From an uncultured Nitrososphaerota archaeon (GTDB taxonomy: Archaea > Thermoproteota > Nitrososphaeria > Nitrososphaerales > Gagatemarchaeaceae): 64,000 nt of DNA. The notes under the pieces were generated by a model. That model made no database searches. It was given only the letters and a program-made list of their open reading frames with translations, and was not told the origin of the DNA. Below are positions 20,117 through 28,674 of this stretch, piece by piece. The DNA is taken from NCBI GenBank assembly GCA_963718895.1, contig CAVRAG010000008.1:320001-384000 (forward strand). The letters are read 5' to 3'. The first letter of the stretch is position 1. Each line of letters begins with the position of its first letter. The translations under genes were made by a program, and so were the position numbers.

Positions 20117-21274
20117 CTAGACAGGCTTCCCGGTCGCGTTTTTCACCTCCAGGACGAGGCTCTCGGCGCGAGTCAGCACCTCAGCTTGGCTGAAACCCCA
20201 ATCTTTCTCCGACTCGCTCCAAAGATTGTAGGGTATCACGAACTGGGCCGCGTTCTTCTGGTCAACCACATAGTGTGACGCCCTTCGGCCAAATGGACGG
20301 AGTATCTCGCGGAGGAACTCGAAGGCTTCCATGGTCGTTTCGATCGGGAAGGCCAGCTGAGCGAGGTAGTCCTTCCCTCTCATCTCGCTCCACAAGTACG
20401 GCGTCCGGTTCACCTTTCCAGTAACCTCGAGGAACTCCCTCTCGGCTATGTCTCTCACGACCACATCGACGACCAGGTACTTGTAACGCCGGAGCTCGAC
20501 CCTCTCAGCCTCATTGTTGTAGCCGATCCCGAGCCACCCTATCGAATAACCGGCGATGAGCTTGTTCCCCACGACGTGGGAGCGATGGTGCCAATCGAGA
20601 GTCTTGTAGTTCAGCTCAATCTTGTTCTTCGCCTGGATCGCCCTGTTTATCTCTGTCATGGGCCTGCTGGCATCGAGCTGGAGTTCCTTCAGGATGAGAA
20701 GGTCAATCTTGTCCAGCCGGGCCCCTGCGACGGGCTTGGGTTGCATCTCATCGTTGTCGAGCGGCAACGGATTCCGCCAGTCATAGTCCCATCTTGAGGC
20801 ATCAAAATCATAGTGATCAGCACGCATCGGAACTCTCCTGAACCAATCGAACTCGTACAGTTCTGCAGACTCGAAGAGACCCATCTCCTTGAGCTTCATG
20901 ATCAAGGACGAATATTCTGAGACGAACCCTCTGGGCACCGTCGCGTGGAGGACGTAATAGTCATCTGGGATCGCCCGCTCGAACGCGGCCGCGAAGCTGA
21001 GGTCGTTCATTTTAGAGAAGGTCTTCTGGATGTGCGGGAGAAACATCTCGGCTACGCGGACCCTCGCGGCGACTCGTCTCATGCCCAGCGCCCCCTCGTT
21101 GGGAACCGCCTGGACAGACATCCCCTCTCTGAGGATCTTCTCTTTGTACCAGTATCTGATGGTCTCCTTGTGAACCCCGGACATCCTCGCGACACGGTCT
21201 ATGTCCGGCCCTATCTTCATGATGAGCTTCACAACCTGGGCGATCTTTTCGGGACGCTTGACGCCAGCGTTCAC
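20117..21274 (-). CDS. 385-aa HTH regulator with duplicated Lrp/AsnC-like architecture
   Basis: N-terminal HTH (VARMSGVHKETIRYWY); second HTH region (DKIDLLILKELQLDA); paralog of 42106..43263. Confidence 0.7.
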   Translation of the reverse strand: MNAGVKRPEKIAQVVKLIMKIGPDIDRVARMSGVHKETIRYWYKEKILREGMSVQAVPNEGALGMRRVAARVRVAEMFLPHIQKTFSKMNDLSFAAAFERAIPDDYYVLHATVPRGFVSEYSSLIMKLKEMGLFESAELYEFDWFRRVPMRADHYDFDASRWDYDWRNPLPLDNDEMQPKPVAGARLDKIDLLILKELQLDASRPMTEINRAIQAKNKIELNYKTLDWHHRSHVVGNKLIAGYSIGWLGIGYNNEAERVELRRYKYLVVDVVVRDIAEREFLEVTGKVNRTPYLWSEMRGKDYLAQLAFPIETTMEAFEFLREILRPFGRRASHYVVDQKNAAQFVIPYNLWSESEKDWGFSQAEVLTRAESLVLEVKNATGKPV

Positions 21275-21512
21275 GGTGGGCTCTACGACCAGGTGACGTC
21301 ACCTTCGTCGGAACCCGTTTCGCCGAGAACCACACCCCTCGAATATGGAGTGGGGGAACCGCCCTCTCTTGACAAGATGAAAACAGAAGGAGTTTTCGTA
21401 TAAAAACGATATGCCGAGCCACGCGGCGCGAGAGCCCGGCGCCGCGCCCCTCGAAGTCGACCTCACCTTGCGACCCGCAGCCTTTAACAAGTCCTCGGCC
21501 CCCCGCAGATGC

Positions 21513-21902
21513 ATGACCGAAGTCATCACGGGGCTGCATGCGGTGACCCTCCACATCAGGGACATTCAGAAGGCCAGGGCGTTCTACCGGGACGTGTTGG
21601 GACTCAGCGAGCTCAGCTTCAACGAGAAGGCCAGCCGCGCCGTCTTCGCCCTCCCGGGCTCATCGACGATAATGTCGATGCACATCATGGCTCCAGGGGA
21701 AGAAGGCAGGGAGCCCGGGACAGTGACTGGCCTCGTGTTTTCGCACCCGGACCCGGCGGCAGCCTGCGAAGAGATCAAGCGCCGCGGAGGGACGGTGACC
21801 GTCGAGCCGAACACAGTCGAGTTACCGGGGGCCAAGTTCGTCCGCGCAGTCATCGCCGATCCCGACGGGAACGAGTTCCTGATATCGAACCGCAAGGACT
21901 AG
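21513..21902 (+). CDS. VOC/glyoxalase family protein
   Basis: HAVTLHIRDIQKARAFYRDVLG; ADPDGNEF. Confidence 0.9.
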   Translation: MTEVITGLHAVTLHIRDIQKARAFYRDVLGLSELSFNEKASRAVFALPGSSTIMSMHIMAPGEEGREPGTVTGLVFSHPDPAAACEEIKRRGGTVTVEPNTVELPGAKFVRAVIADPDGNEFLISNRKD

Positions 21903-21963
21903 CGGGGTCAGACCACTAACAGATCCTTGTCAGCGGGGACGGTGCGTGTGACAGCGAACCGAG

Positions 21964-22311
21964 TCAGGGCGCGCCTTCGTCGACTATCCGTCCCTCCACC
22001 TCCCCGCCGTCCTCCTTCCTGAAGACCTCTCGGGTCTCCATCCAGGTGTGTCCGCAGAACTTGCAGGTGTAGCTCTCCTCGATGACTTCTCTCTCCGCGG
22101 CCACCGGCTCTATCTTGGGTTGGAGGGGCAGTGCAGCACCAGGGAGAGGCCCGGCGGCGAAGGTGTTCGTGGCCACATCCGGGCTATCTGAGCCCTTTGG
22201 CTCCTCCACAAAGACCTTCTCCTTCTCGCGGCTGACCACGTGTTCGCCCCTCCAGCTCACTTCAGACATCTGGCCGCAAGAGGGACACTTCTTGAGAATG
22301 ACGGACACCAC
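21964..22311 (-). CDS. Zinc-binding hypothetical protein
   Basis: Widely spaced CPSC and CKFC pairs. Confidence 0.55.
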   Translation of the reverse strand: MVSVILKKCPSCGQMSEVSWRGEHVVSREKEKVFVEEPKGSDSPDVATNTFAAGPLPGAALPLQPKIEPVAAEREVIEESYTCKFCGHTWMETREVFRKEDGGEVEGRIVDEGAP

Positions 22312-22506
22312 CCCAGGAATCCGGGGCTCGTCACATAAACGGTCACAATCGCCTGCTCGTTGGCATCTCGATGGACGTACTCCGCCCGGGAAATCATGAG
22401 CGGATGAGCGACAGGGAGGCTCGATCGTGCTGATCCTCGTTGGGGGCTAAATAGGCAGCGGAGATACCATCCCATGAACCCCACCAGAAGCAAGTCAAGC
22501 TGCATT

Positions 22507-22806
22507 ATGGTATTTCTGTTCGGGAAGCCCGCCTGGGAACTGGACCTCGAAGGCGAGGAAGTCGACGAGAGGATGGTACTGGACCTGTCGAAGCTCGGAG
22601 ACGAGCTCAGGGAGAGACTCCACCGCACGTCTCGACTGACGAAGACCCTGCTCGAGAACGGCTGGAGCGGGTCGGGCGGGCTCTACGACATCTCGTTCTA
22701 CAAAGACCTTGCGCCCGAGGACGCACGAAAGGAGCTGACCGCACTGGGAATCAGCCCCGACGAGGTGGACATCGAGGAAGACGATTGGTCTGACGACGAG
22801 GAATGA
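22507..22806 (+). CDS. Acidic hypothetical protein
   Basis: Host-like codon usage; MVFLFGKPAWELD... Confidence 0.65.
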   Translation: MVFLFGKPAWELDLEGEEVDERMVLDLSKLGDELRERLHRTSRLTKTLLENGWSGSGGLYDISFYKDLAPEDARKELTALGISPDEVDIEEDDWSDDEE

Positions 22807-22986
22807 GTCAGGGACTCGTACGGCGACAAGAAGAATACCATTTGAGAAGACGAATCCACTCGACATCGCGATTCAGGGGCCTCAGTATCCAAACTCAGCC
22901 TCAGGTTTGAGGACCGACGGAACCGGCAGGGAGCGAATGGAGCGAATTCGAGTGGCGGTTAAATATCCTAATCCTCTATTTGGAAG

Positions 22987-23203
22987 AGTGTCTCAAGCGC
23001 CGCGTGCACTCTCGATTGAAAGGTCGAGGGCAAGATAGGAAGACAAACCCTGACGAGGCCTAGGATTGGCGCGATGAAGCACACTTGGCCGCGGGACAGG
23101 TAAAGAGCGGGAAGGCGGTTATTCAAGTGCAGCTCAGGACCACCCGACCAAACGGCCGCTCAACGTGTCAGTTCGTCTCAGTCGAACGCATGCACAAGCG
23201 GCT
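22987..23203 (+). ncRNA. Candidate structured RNA / long 5' leader of the LAGLIDADG gene
   Basis: Starts about 22 bp after TTAAATA (22959-22965); nested stems, including a GAAA-tetraloop hairpin at 23009-23030; folded by eye only. Confidence 0.5.
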
Positions 23204-23230
23204 CACAGCGAATATAGGAAAGAACACAGT

Positions 23231-24592
23231 ATGTCCTCCGAAAGCAAGAAACAGAACGAAGGCTCTGAAGGTGATGGGGGTCACCGACAGGGCACACGCA
23301 AACGACACTTCCGAGGTCACTGGAACATGGAGAACACGAAGCCGTGGGTCGAGATGTTCGAGAAGCGGAGGATGTCAGCTCAGGCCATCGCAAAGGAAGT
23401 AGGCGCAGACCCAACCACCGTCAGCACTTGGCTGAAGAAGCAAGGCGCCAAGATCCACCAGGGGCTGCACCGCAAGGAGCGCCAGCCACCCAAGGTCTCG
23501 CCGGAACTCGCGAAGCTGCTCGCCAACGGCCCGGAGGAAGCGTTGAAGTTCCTGGACGAGCGCGTCTGGGGAATCGGCGCGTCACCGGGAGAGCTCGAGC
23601 AGCTGAGGAAGTTCTGCGAGTTCCTCAAGGTCCCTTTGAACGTGGGCAGGAACGAGACGGCGGACGAGGTTGACATCGACCGAGGCATGGTCAACGCTTG
23701 GACGGAAGGGACCAAACAGCCCTACCTGGTCAAAGCGGCGAACACAGCCCTGCAGACAGTCATCAGACCGGGACGGAAGCTGCTTCCACTGCACCTCGAC
23801 TCGGGAGGAAATGAACAGGGGCCGTGGATACAGGTTCCGACATCGATACAGGACTACAGTGACGTCGTCGATGTGACAGCGCAGCTTAGCCCCCTGGAGA
23901 GCACGTTTGAACGCGCCTCAGGGTTCAGGCTATCGAGACAACAGGTCGAAGACATGCGAAACGATCTCCTGGCATACCTCCTTGGCATACTGGCAGGAGA
24001 CGCAAGCAAGTCAGGGGGCAAACAGATTCGCTTCACCTCATCCAGCATAGACCTTCACCTCACCCTGAAACAACCAACGAACGAACGGCTCGGCGAGTTC
24101 GTCTGCATGTGCGCCAACAGCCTCAGCGTCGTCATGGACCGCAAACAGGACAAGCAACCGTCAGGCAGCACCCGGTTCGGCAGACATCCATCGGCGGCCT
24201 ACAGGTGGACTTCGGAACGTTCACCACTGATCGCCTGGATGTTCAACGTCGGGCTAGGGCTGCAATGGGACGAGTGCACCACACTCCACCCTCTCAGGAT
24301 GGACTGGATTCAAGGAACGCCACGTTCGTTCAGGATACGGTTCGTCCAAGGACTTGCCGACTCTGATGGAACCGTGAAGCCTTCAGAAGTCATAATCACG
24401 AGCGTTCCCAACGCAGACTTCCTCAGTAGGCTTCTGCAAGACCTCGGAATGACGACTGCTCACACAATCATGGAATACGGAAGGCCACTCCGCACAATGG
24501 TGAACCGCAAACAGTCAGCAACACTACCCATCTTCAAGGAGTTCGTCCGAAGCTACAGATACCTGAAGACCATGAACTACCTGAAGAACTAG
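23231..24592 (+). CDS. Free-standing LAGLIDADG-type endonuclease-like protein with N-terminal HTH motifs
   Basis: Two LAGLIDADG-like helices (AYLLGILAGDAS, FVQGLADSDGTV); HTHs AQAIAKEVGADPTTVSTWL and NETADEVDIDRGMVNAW; no intein splice motifs. Confidence 0.75.
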   Translation: MSSESKKQNEGSEGDGGHRQGTRKRHFRGHWNMENTKPWVEMFEKRRMSAQAIAKEVGADPTTVSTWLKKQGAKIHQGLHRKERQPPKVSPELAKLLANGPEEALKFLDERVWGIGASPGELEQLRKFCEFLKVPLNVGRNETADEVDIDRGMVNAWTEGTKQPYLVKAANTALQTVIRPGRKLLPLHLDSGGNEQGPWIQVPTSIQDYSDVVDVTAQLSPLESTFERASGFRLSRQQVEDMRNDLLAYLLGILAGDASKSGGKQIRFTSSSIDLHLTLKQPTNERLGEFVCMCANSLSVVMDRKQDKQPSGSTRFGRHPSAAYRWTSERSPLIAWMFNVGLGLQWDECTTLHPLRMDWIQGTPRSFRIRFVQGLADSDGTVKPSEVIITSVPNADFLSRLLQDLGMTTAHTIMEYGRPLRTMVNRKQSATLPIFKEFVRSYRYLKTMNYLKN

Positions 24593-24712
24593 AACCCCCT
24601 CCCCTCTTTTTTACTCTCATGTGGCTCTCGTGTATTTGTCGCGGCGTTTCGCGGCGTTAGTTGAAATCGGTGTTCGATGTCGGCGGTAACAGGCGAACCA
24701 GGCGTAACTGGA

Positions 24713-25039
24713 TTAGGTCGCCGCTCGAGGGAGAAGCTGCCGGAGACGACTGGTTTGGCTCAGCAGAACACTTGCTGCATTTCCGCTACTCATCCACTGG
24801 ATCCATCCAGGGCCTTCTTCCTGTGGGACGTACATGACTCCGGAGTGCAAGAACTCATAGGACGGCGAAATGAAGGTGGGAATGTGAGGCGGCGAAGCGG
24901 AAATCTACCCACACTAGGGATACGTCGAGGGCAGACTCCAAGGACCGAGCGCTTTCTGCGGAATAATCGGAGCGAGAAGGAAAAGCGCAACGGCAAGGAC
25001 GATGAGGCTGCTGAGAGGCAACCCGTGTGTGCGATTCAT
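24713..25039 (-). pseudogene. Degraded membrane/secreted protein gene with two in-frame TAG codons
   Basis: Hand translation MNRTHGLPLSSLIVLAVALFLLAPIIP...TYP*CG*ISASPPHIPTFISPSYEFLHSGVMYVP... Confidence 0.3.
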
Positions 25040-25115
25040 GATTAGCCTTCGATCTTCGTTTGATATGCGTGTTTGTCCAAACGGCTCCTATGACCCAGGG
25101 CGAATCTTGACATAG

Positions 25116-25730
25116 ATGACGCAGCTGCGAATTGAGTGGCGTTTATTACGCGCCGGCGGCTATCACATTGAGTCTAAGATGTTCACACCGCTGGACCTCT
25201 GCATTCAGACGGCGAGCGCTACGAACCACATTCTGAAAGAGATGTTGAAAGGAAGAAGGACATGGAGCTCGGTGACAGATTCCAGGGAGGACGAATCGAG
25301 CCTGTCTCTTATGGTCTCGGACAACACCCAGACCGCGTTCTGCAGGGTGGAGATACTCTCCCACAGGGTCGAAGGGCGAGGCAAGAAGCTATTCCTTGAA
25401 GCCATCATTCGAATGGACGTTCGGGAGGAGCCTCGACTCAATCTGAAGGATTTCGCTGTCGAGAGGACCATGAAGGAGATCTGGAGCTACTTTCCGGTGA
25501 TAACCATGGGCACCGAGTACGGAATCAAATTCAGCAAGGAATCAGGGCCGGAGCTCTCGACGAAGTCAGTCATGAACGTAGCAATAGTCGCGGTCTCGGA
25601 GGAGCTTAGCGTGAGAAAGCTTGGAGGCTTCGATTACGACCAGCTGGGCAGGACAATTGCGAATGGGATTGCGGTGATGAACGCAATCCACGATGTCGCT
25701 AAGCAGATCCCATCTTCGGAATGGAATTAG
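25116..25730 (+). CDS. Hypothetical protein with lower GC, convergent on tuf
   Basis: 204-aa ORF; start uncertain; ends 12 bp from the tuf stop. Confidence 0.6.
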   Translation: MTQLRIEWRLLRAGGYHIESKMFTPLDLCIQTASATNHILKEMLKGRRTWSSVTDSREDESSLSLMVSDNTQTAFCRVEILSHRVEGRGKKLFLEAIIRMDVREEPRLNLKDFAVERTMKEIWSYFPVITMGTEYGIKFSKESGPELSTKSVMNVAIVAVSEELSVRKLGGFDYDQLGRTIANGIAVMNAIHDVAKQIPSSEWN

Positions 25731-25742
25731 GGGAGAGGCAGC

Positions 25743-27068
25743 TTACGCCTTTGCGACTGCCTTCTCTACTTGGCCCTTGACGGTAACTTCGCGGACGATA
25801 CCCGCTGCCACTGTGGACCCCATGTCTCGGAGCGCAAATCTGCCCAATTCTGGGAATTCTTTGAAAGTTTCGAGTACTACTGGGCGCAAAGGTGTGATTT
25901 TTACAATAGCTGAGTCGCCGGTCTTGATGGTCTTGGGCTTCTCCTCGGTGGGCTGACCCGTCCTCGGGTCGATCTTGGCGATGATCTCGGTGATCGTCGC
26001 GGCGACCTGGGCTGTGTGGGCGTGCAGGACCGGCGTGTAGCCGGCCGCTATCGCCGTCGGGTGGAACACCACGATTATCTGCGCGAGGAACTCCTTGGCT
26101 ATGGTGGGCGGGTTGGCCGTCTCGCCGAGGACCGAACCCCTGTGGAAGTCGGTCTTGGCTACGCCCCTCAGGTTGAACCCGATGTTGTCCCCGGCCATCG
26201 CCTCCTGCATGGGGGTGTGGTGGGTCTCGATGGACTTGACCTCGGCCGGGAGGCCCTCCGGCATGATGACCACCGACTGGCCGACCTTGATCTTGCCGGT
26301 CTCCACCCGTCCCACCGGGACCGTGCCGACGCCCGTGATGGTGTAGACGTCCTGTATCGGGAGGCGGAGTGGCTTCTGGATTGGCTTCGGAGGCTCGGTG
26401 AACTCGTCGAGCGCCTGGAGGAGGGTCGGGCCCTTGTACCAGGGCATGTTCGTCGAGGCCTTGACCTCGTTCTCGCCGGTCCAGCCGGAGATGGGTATGA
26501 AGCGTATCTTCGAGACGTTGTAGCCAGAGGCCTTGAGGAGGTTCTCGACGTCCATCTTGGCGTCGTTGTACATCTTCTCGCTGTACTTCACCGTCTGGTC
26601 GTCCATCTTGTTTATCACGACGACGAGCTGGTTGACCCCGAGGGTCTTCAGGAGGAACGCGTGCTCCCTCGCCTGGCCGCCCGGCCCGAGAGCCGTGTCC
26701 TTCTCTCCGGTCTTGGCGGAGACGACGAGGACGGCCGCGTCTGCCTCGGAGGCGCCGGTGATCATGTTCTTGATGAAGTCTCGGTGCCCGGGAGCGTCGA
26801 TGAGCGTGTAGAAGTACTTCTGCGTCTCGAACTTCTGGAACGCGAGGTCGATGGTGACACCCCTCTCCCTCTCGTCCTTCAGCTGGTCGAGGACCCAGGC
26901 GTACTTGAAACTGTCACCGGCGCCGGTCTTCTCGGACTCGCGGGCGAACTCGTCTATCGTCCTCTGGTCGACCGCTCCGAGGTCAAATAGGAAGTGCCCC
27001 ATGCTGGTCGACTTCCCGTGGTCTACGTGACCGGTTACGATGAGGTTCAGGTGAGGTTTGTCTGCCAT
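25743..27068 (-). CDS. tuf: Translation elongation factor EF-1alpha
   Basis: GHVDHGKST, ERERGVTID, DAPGHRDF, NKMD, GRFALRDMG. Confidence 0.99.
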   Translation of the reverse strand: MADKPHLNLIVTGHVDHGKSTSMGHFLFDLGAVDQRTIDEFARESEKTGAGDSFKYAWVLDQLKDERERGVTIDLAFQKFETQKYFYTLIDAPGHRDFIKNMITGASEADAAVLVVSAKTGEKDTALGPGGQAREHAFLLKTLGVNQLVVVINKMDDQTVKYSEKMYNDAKMDVENLLKASGYNVSKIRFIPISGWTGENEVKASTNMPWYKGPTLLQALDEFTEPPKPIQKPLRLPIQDVYTITGVGTVPVGRVETGKIKVGQSVVIMPEGLPAEVKSIETHHTPMQEAMAGDNIGFNLRGVAKTDFHRGSVLGETANPPTIAKEFLAQIIVVFHPTAIAAGYTPVLHAHTAQVAATITEIIAKIDPRTGQPTEEKPKTIKTGDSAIVKITPLRPVVLETFKEFPELGRFALRDMGSTVAAGIVREVTVKGQVEKAVAKA

Positions 27069-27217
27069 TGCGAATAACTACCTTTACGTTCAAAACGCTC
27101 TCGGGCTTCATTATTTAAGGTTTGAGGGTGGATTTTGGGAGAGCCTAGCCGCTTCACCTGCGCGAGGTCCGGCGAACCGCTGCAAAGGATAAGCGACCCC
27201 ATCGCTCAGGGTGGACG

Positions 27218-27883
27218 ATGGTCAAGTACTGCATCCACTGCGGGAAGGCTAACGACGACCAGGCGATGTTCTGCGTGGCCTGCGGACAGAGGTTCCCTGA
27301 GCCGGCCGCGCCCGCCGCGGCGCAACAGGCGGCCCCGGTCCCTGCGCCGACGACGCAGGCTCCGTCCATCTTCACCGCCGAGAGGGGGCCGGGCGCCCAC
27401 GAGCACATGCTCACCGACGTCTACCTCAAGGACGCAACGGGGAAGGTGCTCCTGGTGGCGAGGAAGAAGTCCCTGCTACACGCCGAGTACACGGTCGTCG
27501 ACGGGTCCGAGGGCACGGTCGGGTTCATCGAGCAGAAGACGCACCTCACGCACCGGACGGTGTCGGTCGAGGACGCGGAGCACGGCGTCCAGGGGTCGGT
27601 CCAGGTCAGCAACGTCGAGAAGAACATGGCCCCTCCGAGCTGCTGGCTGGAGGACCCGAGCGGGAACAGGCTGGGGTCCCTGGTGTTCACGGCAGGCCTG
27701 ATGGCCTTCGCCGGGGTCAAGCCAGACGGCTCCGTGATCTTCGAGGCCTCGATCATGGCTGGACAGGGCATGATGCAGGGGCTGAGCGGACTAGGCCGCC
27801 GGGCCTATGCGATCAGCCTCCATGACCCTGGCTTCTCCCAGCGCATGCTCCTTGCAGTGGTAGTTGCCCTGGATCAGGCCTAG
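27218..27883 (+). CDS. Zinc-ribbon plus tubby/scramblase (LURP-one)-like protein
   Basis: YCIHCG...FCVACG; Pro/Ala linker; beta-rich domain with C-terminal helix. Confidence 0.6.
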   Translation: MVKYCIHCGKANDDQAMFCVACGQRFPEPAAPAAAQQAAPVPAPTTQAPSIFTAERGPGAHEHMLTDVYLKDATGKVLLVARKKSLLHAEYTVVDGSEGTVGFIEQKTHLTHRTVSVEDAEHGVQGSVQVSNVEKNMAPPSCWLEDPSGNRLGSLVFTAGLMAFAGVKPDGSVIFEASIMAGQGMMQGLSGLGRRAYAISLHDPGFSQRMLLAVVVALDQA

Positions 27884-27964
27884 CAGAGCCAGACCAGACT
27901 TGATCGATACAGAGCATCGAACCTTGAGAAAACACCCTCCAGATTTCACGAACGAATCGCGGAG

Positions 27965-28028
27965 GGGAGGGGTCGTTCCGGCGTCGCGTTCCAGACCCCT
28001 CCCAGCCGCGGATGGGCCGCTGCGGCCC
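27965..28028. terminator. Two adjacent inverted repeats between convergent genes
   Basis: GGGAGGGGTC/GACCCCTCCC (27965-28003) and GGGCCGC-T-GCGGCCC (28014-28028). Confidence 0.4.
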
Positions 28029-28293
28029 TAGGTCTTCATTATCTTGCGGCCAGCCGCGCGCTTCCTGACCGGACCCTTCCCTCCCGGTGTCTTTGCGGCG
28101 CGCACCTTTGCTGCTTCCATCCTACCGCCCCTGCTCTTTTTCGCCATTCTTGTCTTTCACCTCCGGAATATCTTCTCTTCCCCTTCTGACCGTCCCTCGT
28201 TCAATCTCTGACGCGCCCCTTCGGGCGCGGGAGATTCGGCGGCCTCAGCGGAAGCGCAAGTGAGAGTCCTCGTTCCCGGTCCACCCGTCCGCT

Positions 28294-28467
28294 CTACATG
28301 TTGTAGGCGAGTCCGAAGACGATGGAGAGCAGGAAGAGTAGCACGAAGACGACCACCAATATCTTGGCGATCCCCATCGAGAACCCTGCGACTCCCTTGG
28401 CTCCGACCACGTACGCCACAAGAGCGATTATCAGGAAGAGGACGGCGAGGCCCAGTATTGTTGCCAA
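28294..28467 (-). CDS. DUF1328 (UPF0391)-like small membrane protein
   Basis: Hand translation MATILGLAVLFLIIALVAYVVGAKGVAGFSMGIAKILVVVFVLLFLLSIVFGLAYNM; below the ORF-track cutoff. Confidence 0.8.
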   Translation of the reverse strand: MATILGLAVLFLIIALVAYVVGAKGVAGFSMGIAKILVVVFVLLFLLSIVFGLAYNM

Positions 28468-28503
28468 AGCCGGATTTCACCAGTCTCTCTCTGATTCCGT
28501 TCC

Positions 28504-28668
28504 CTATTTGCCCGTGACTACGTCCTTCCCTTGGTAGAGCCTGACGCCCACCACGACGACAGCGGCGACGACGAGGACGTTGATCAGGACCCCGCCGAAG
28601 CCACCGATGAACCCGAAGGCCCAGAGCACCAGGAGGACGATGGCGACAGTCCAGAAGAGGTCGACCAC
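28504..28668 (-). CDS. lmo0937/DUF5670-like small membrane protein
   Basis: Hand translation MVDLFWTVAIVLLVLWAFGFIGGFGGVLINVLVVAAVVVVGVRLYQGKDVVTGK. Confidence 0.72.
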   Translation of the reverse strand: MVDLFWTVAIVLLVLWAFGFIGGFGGVLINVLVVAAVVVVGVRLYQGKDVVTGK

Positions 28669-28674
28669 TGGAAA

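Noticed and set aside
23048-23080. Hammerhead ribozyme (CTGACGA motif)
   Set aside because: The required GAAA does not follow the putative stem II, so the core is incomplete.
22987-24592. Group I or archaeal BHB intron, or intein, carrying the endonuclease
   Set aside because: No interrupted host gene, no recognisable P7 or splice motifs, and the unit has its own promoter and T-rich terminator.
24713-25039. Pyrrolysine or TAG recoding
   Set aside because: TAG is used as a normal stop by many genes here and no pyl genes are present; decay is more likely.
28030-28150. Short basic ORFs on the minus strand
   Set aside because: Two competing frames of about 30-35 aa with no recognisable family; cannot be supported.
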